From an uncultured Thermoleophilia bacterium (GTDB lineage Bacteria; Actinomycetota; Thermoleophilia; UBA2241), in NCBI GenBank assembly GCA_963735345.1, contig CAVTKL010000013.1, positions 321,130 through 385,129 of the forward strand: a stretch of DNA of 64,000 nt, in the 5' to 3' direction. Position 1 is the first letter of the stretch. Each line of letters opens with the position of its first letter. The translations under genes were made by a program, and so were the position numbers. Shown here piece after piece: positions 58,081 through 64,000 of the stretch. The notes beneath the pieces are model-generated. The model had not been told where the DNA came from. It did no database searches and saw nothing but the letters and a program-made list of their open reading frames with translations.

Positions 58081-59646
58081 TCAGTACGCCCCGCGCTTCG
58101 CAAGCACGGCCGGCACCGTCTGCAGAAGGAGCTTGATGTCCCAGCTCAGACTCCAGCCGGTGACGTACATGTAGTCCAGCTTGACCATCTCGTCGAAGGG
58201 GATGTCGCTGCGCCCCAGGACCTGCCACAGCCCGGTGATGCCCGGCGTGATGTCGAGACGCTTCTGCGTCCAGCCATGCACCTGCCGAGCCTCCTCCACC
58301 CACAGCGGCCGGGGACCCACCAAGCTCATGTCGCCCTTTATCACATTGATGATCTGTGGCAGCTCGTCGATGCTCCAGCGTCGAATGAACTCCCCGACCC
58401 GCGTCACCCTGGGATCGCGCTTCATCTTGAACATCGGGCCCGAGTACTCGTTCTGCTCGCTGAGCTCCTCGCGAAGCTCATCGGCGCCGAGCCGCATGGA
58501 GCGGAACTTGAGGATCATGAAGGGCCTGCCGCCGCGTCCCATCCGCTCCTGACGGAAGAAGACGGGGCCCTTGGAGTCGAGTTTGATGACGATCGCCATG
58601 ACGACGAGCACGGGCAGGAAGAACAAGAAGATGATGCCGCCGACGAAGAGGTCGAACGCGCGCTTGACCACCATGTTGAAGCGGCTGAGCTCGACGTGAC
58701 CGACGTCGAGCAGCGGGATGCCTTCGACGTCGTCGACGAGCGCGCGCGAACTGACCACTTCGAAGAGGCGCGGCACGATGTTGACCCGTACCGCGGAGTC
58801 GGCACAGGTGCGCACGATCCGCAGAAAGTCGTCGTGCCGAGCTCGCGAGAAGGCGACGATCACACGGTCCACGCGCTGCTCAAGGACGATGCGCTTCAGG
58901 TCATGGAAGGCGCCGACCATGGGCACGGGCGGTCCCCCAGTACCGTTGCGGCGCGGCTCTCCATCGTCGAGAAACCCCACCAGGGTGATGCGGTACTCGG
59001 GGTGTTTGCTGATCTTCTCCGCGATCATGTGACCGACTTCGCCGGCTCCGATGATGAGCACGCGCTCGCGCAGCGCCGTGGTCGACCAGATCGTGTGCCG
59101 GCTGATCGTTCGGCAGATGGGGACCAGGACGATGGCGATCAGCCAGAAGACGATGAGGACGCCGATGGGGGCCTGGCTGCCTTGGATGGACACGAGCGCG
59201 ATGAGCAGCAGCCAGCTGGCGGCCGTCAACGCGGTCGGGCCACTCAGCGTCTCCGTGAGGTCGGCGCCGCCGATGCTGCGACCGGGGGCCCGGTAGAGGC
59301 CAAAGGCCCAGAGCGCCGCGAGCCAGTACGGAACGAGAGCGACGAACATGAACACACTGCCGCCCTCGATCTGGGAGAACGGCGAAACCAGCCGTTCGAC
59401 GACGGGCACCCCGACGAGAGCATCAGCCACCCACACGGCGAGCGACGACGCGACCAGTATGCCAAGGGTGTCGGCGCCGACCGTCGCCGCGATGCGAAGC
59501 TTGGCCGGTCGTTTGGTCAGGGTGTGCTCGAGAGCGGCAGCTTGGACCGCGAGCTCCCCGTAGGTGTCCACGCTTCTGAGTGTTCCGTCCGACATGTACC
59601 CAGCATCGGCAACATCGGCGCTGAACAATAGAGGGTCTCTCCCCAT
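58081..59646 (-). CDS. wbaP: Undecaprenyl-phosphate hexose-1-phosphate transferase (WbaP/CpsE-like polyprenyl glycosylphosphotransferase)
   Basis: N-terminal TM block, CoA-binding-like domain and C-terminal bacterial sugar-transferase domain (KFRSM, DELPQ, PGITGLWQ). Start is uncertain (59646 or 59595). Confidence 0.85.
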   Translation of the reverse strand: MGRDPLLFSADVADAGYMSDGTLRSVDTYGELAVQAAALEHTLTKRPAKLRIAATVGADTLGILVASSLAVWVADALVGVPVVERLVSPFSQIEGGSVFMFVALVPYWLAALWAFGLYRAPGRSIGGADLTETLSGPTALTAASWLLLIALVSIQGSQAPIGVLIVFWLIAIVLVPICRTISRHTIWSTTALRERVLIIGAGEVGHMIAEKISKHPEYRITLVGFLDDGEPRRNGTGGPPVPMVGAFHDLKRIVLEQRVDRVIVAFSRARHDDFLRIVRTCADSAVRVNIVPRLFEVVSSRALVDDVEGIPLLDVGHVELSRFNMVVKRAFDLFVGGIIFLFFLPVLVVMAIVIKLDSKGPVFFRQERMGRGGRPFMILKFRSMRLGADELREELSEQNEYSGPMFKMKRDPRVTRVGEFIRRWSIDELPQIINVIKGDMSLVGPRPLWVEEARQVHGWTQKRLDITPGITGLWQVLGRSDIPFDEMVKLDYMYVTGWSLSWDIKLLLQTVPAVLAKRGAY

Positions 59647-59779
59647 TTCCAGTCCGGAGATCGCCACGCTCGCCCCCCCGCCAAGACCAAGCCGGCCATC
59701 AGGCTCTGTGCTGTCTGTACCCGTCGGCGCCCATCCTGGAACCCCAGCGACCTCCGACGACACCCCCCTGACGTCGACG

Positions 59780-60592
59780 CTACCCAAGCGCCACGTCCAG
59801 GACCATCATCAGCGCGAAGCCGGCCATCAGGCTCATGGTCACGAAATCGCTGTGGGAACCCCGATGAGCCTCGGGGATAAGCTCCTCGGCGACCACGAAG
59901 ATCATCGCGCCGGCCGCGAAACTCAGGGCATATGGCAGAAGGGGCTGCATCAGGAGTACGGCGGCGGCGCCGACCACTCCCGCGATCGGCTCGACGATTC
60001 CCGAGAGCTGACCCCACCAGAAGCTGCGCCGCCGCGAGAGTCCTTCGCGGCGCAGCGGCATCGAGACGGCCGCCCCCTCCGGGAAGTTCTGGATGCCGAT
60101 GCCCAGCCCCAGGGCGATGGCCGCGCCGAGCGTCGCCCCCGGCAGGCCGGCGGCCGCGGCGCCGAAGGCGACGCCGACGGCAAGCCCTTCGGGGATGTTG
60201 TGGATGGTGATCGCCAGCACCAGCAGTACGCTGCGCCGCCACGACGTGTGGACGCCCTCCGCAGCACTTGTCGGGAAGCCCGGGTGAAGATGCGGCACGA
60301 GCTTGTCCACCGCGAGCAGAAAGGCCCCGCCGGCAAGGAAGCCGACCACGGCGGGCAGCCACGCGGACCCCATGGTCTGGCCCGCAAGAGCGATGGCCGG
60401 CGCCAGCAGCGACCAGTAGCTCGCAGCGATCATGACCCCTGCCGCGAAGCCGAGCATCGAATCCATGACGACCGGCCGGAAGTCCTTGGCGAAGAACACG
60501 AGGGCCGCGCCAGCGGCCGTCACGGCCCAAGTGAAGCAGGTCGCAACAAGAGCCTGGACGATGGGATCGAGGTCCCGAAAAGCGTTCAGCAT
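59780..60592 (-). CDS. zupT: ZIP-family zinc transporter (ZupT-like)
   Basis: Eight TM helices and the [10 protein letters not shown] signature. ATG at 60592 with a GGTGGAG SD. Confidence 0.8.
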   Translation of the reverse strand: MLNAFRDLDPIVQALVATCFTWAVTAAGAALVFFAKDFRPVVMDSMLGFAAGVMIAASYWSLLAPAIALAGQTMGSAWLPAVVGFLAGGAFLLAVDKLVPHLHPGFPTSAAEGVHTSWRRSVLLVLAITIHNIPEGLAVGVAFGAAAAGLPGATLGAAIALGLGIGIQNFPEGAAVSMPLRREGLSRRRSFWWGQLSGIVEPIAGVVGAAAVLLMQPLLPYALSFAAGAMIFVVAEELIPEAHRGSHSDFVTMSLMAGFALMMVLDVALG

Positions 60593-60750
60593 CGATACTC
60601 CACCGCGGGGCCCCCTGAGCAGCCTGGTCTCTGCGTCATCGAGCGCAACAGAGACGAAGGCGCCGGCTTGCACGGCAACGCAAACGCACCCCCCTGCGCT
60701 GCCACCCCGTGATTCTACCTGTCTGTCGGTCCAGTTCCCAGCAGAACGCG

Positions 60751-60782
60751 GAACGGGACCCCCTAAGCCGCGAGGGTCCCGT
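60751..60782 (-). terminator. Perfect 10-bp stem hairpin (AACGGGACCC-12 nt-GGGTCCCGTT) 20 nt downstream of the DHOD-like gene stop
   Basis: Inverted repeat seen directly in the sequence. No U-tract, which is common in high-GC genomes. Confidence 0.4.
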
Positions 60783-60803
60783 TCGCTTCGACGCGCTCCG
60801 GCC

Positions 60804-61837
60804 TCAGAATCCCGGGTGACCCCGCTGCTGCAGCGACTGCGGCGCGTTCCAGGAGTGTAGCGTCTTCACGTAGTTCGCCCGCTCGAAGGCTGACGGGTCG
60901 TCGGCGGCGAAGTAGCTCGCGCTGCCCCGCAGTTCGCTCACGGACTCGTACTCGTTGGCGTCCATCCACTGCACCAGGTCACGCTCGACCGTCCCGAAGT
61001 GCTCGGGGCCGTTGAGCAGGACGGCCGAGGTCATCATCGCCACATCCGCGCCCGCGAGCAGGGCCTTGGCCGCGTCGCGCCCGGTGTGGATCCCTGTCGA
61101 CGCGGCGAGCGATGTCGGTTCGCCAAGCTGCGACCGGAGGATCGCCGTCCACATGACCGGCAGGCGCAGCTCCCAGGACCGGCTCAGCTCGACGCTCGGT
61201 ATGACCCGCCTTGTGTCCGGGTCGAGCTCCGGCTGGTAGAAACGGTTGAAGAGCACGAGCCCGTTGGCGCCGGCGAGAACGACCTCGCGGGCGAAGCCGG
61301 CAAGCGTCGAGTAGTACGGCGAGATCTTGACGGCCAACGGCACCCGGATGGACTCCCTCACCTCGCGGATGACGCCGAGGTCGCCGGCCTCCATGGCCGC
61401 CCCGCTGAGGAACGGGTCGGTGGCGATGCGGTACAGGTTCAGTTCCAGGGCGTCGGCGCCCGCCTCTTCAATCAAGCGAGCGTACCGCACCCATCCGCCC
61501 ATCGATGTAGCATTGAGACTGGCGATGATCGGGACGTCGAGTTTGGCCTTCATCTGCTCGATGGACTTCAGATAGTGATCGGTCGTCGACTCGAACTCGG
61601 GGATCTCAGGGAAATAGTTGAGAGACTCGGCGAACCCCTCTGTGCCCGCCTCGAGCGCGCGGTTGAGCTCGACCTGTTCGTGGACGATCTCTTCCTCGAA
61701 GAGCGACGGGAGGACGATCGCCGCGGCGCCGCTCTCCTGCAGGCGCCGAGCGCTCTCCGGGTCCCTGGTCAGCGGCCCGGCCGAGGCCACGAGCGGTGAG
61801 CTCAGATCAAGGCCGAGATACTTCGTAGCCAAACGAT

Positions 61838-61841
<4 letters not shown>
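60804..61841 (-). CDS. Dihydroorotate-dehydrogenase-like (DHOD family, class 1-like) protein
   Basis: TIM-barrel DHOD motifs (LNLSCPN-like [14 protein letters not shown]). ATGA-coupled to the upstream PFOR gene. Confidence 0.65.

Positions 61842-64000
<2,159 letters not shown>

Overview
High-GC (~70%) bacterial chromosomal segment, probably a high-GC Terrabacteria lineage (Actinomycetota- or Chloroflexota-like). This is inferred from the ask-asd operon, a GSI-alpha-type GlnA and a PFOR with a DHOD-like partner. Ends 1-13 kb and 59.8-64 kb carry housekeeping genes: MDR oxidoreductase, glnA, nadE, lysC-asd, trxB-trxA, ileS, a ZIP zinc transporter, a DHOD-like gene and nifJ/PFOR. No rRNA, tRNA, CRISPR, transposase or integrase was recognised. 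Positions 13.8-59.7 kb form one very large accessory glycan (cell-surface polysaccharide/EPS) region made of several modules. (i) A Wzy/Wzc-type module with GtrA, a GT87-like GT-C, a BY-kinase, GT4/GT2 transferases, a deacetylase, an AsnB-like amidotransferase and a Wzy-like polymerase. (ii) An ABC (Wzm/Wzt)-dependent module with a KpsF-like SIS isomerase, a HAD phosphatase and a fused APH-fold kinase/nucleotidyltransferase. (iii) A GT2/GT4/deacetylase operon followed by a 1073-aa BNR/Ycf48-like double beta-propeller secreted protein. (iv) A candidate sugar-acid tailoring cassette (two ATP-grasp ligases, Ldh_2, Gfo/Idh/MocA, 2-hydroxyacid DH, HpcH pyruvate aldolase, GmhA-like isomerase). (v) A translationally coupled GT4-CapK-heparinase II/III-GDP-mannose 6-dehydrogenase-GT4 operon next to a WbaP initiating transferase, which is an alginate/polymannuronate-like signature in a non-proteobacterial context, plus two secreted right-handed beta-helix proteins. 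At least eight glycan genes carry apparent frameshifts while long housekeeping genes are intact. This is either real pseudogenisation or phase variation of the locus, or assembly indels concentrated in a strain-variable region.
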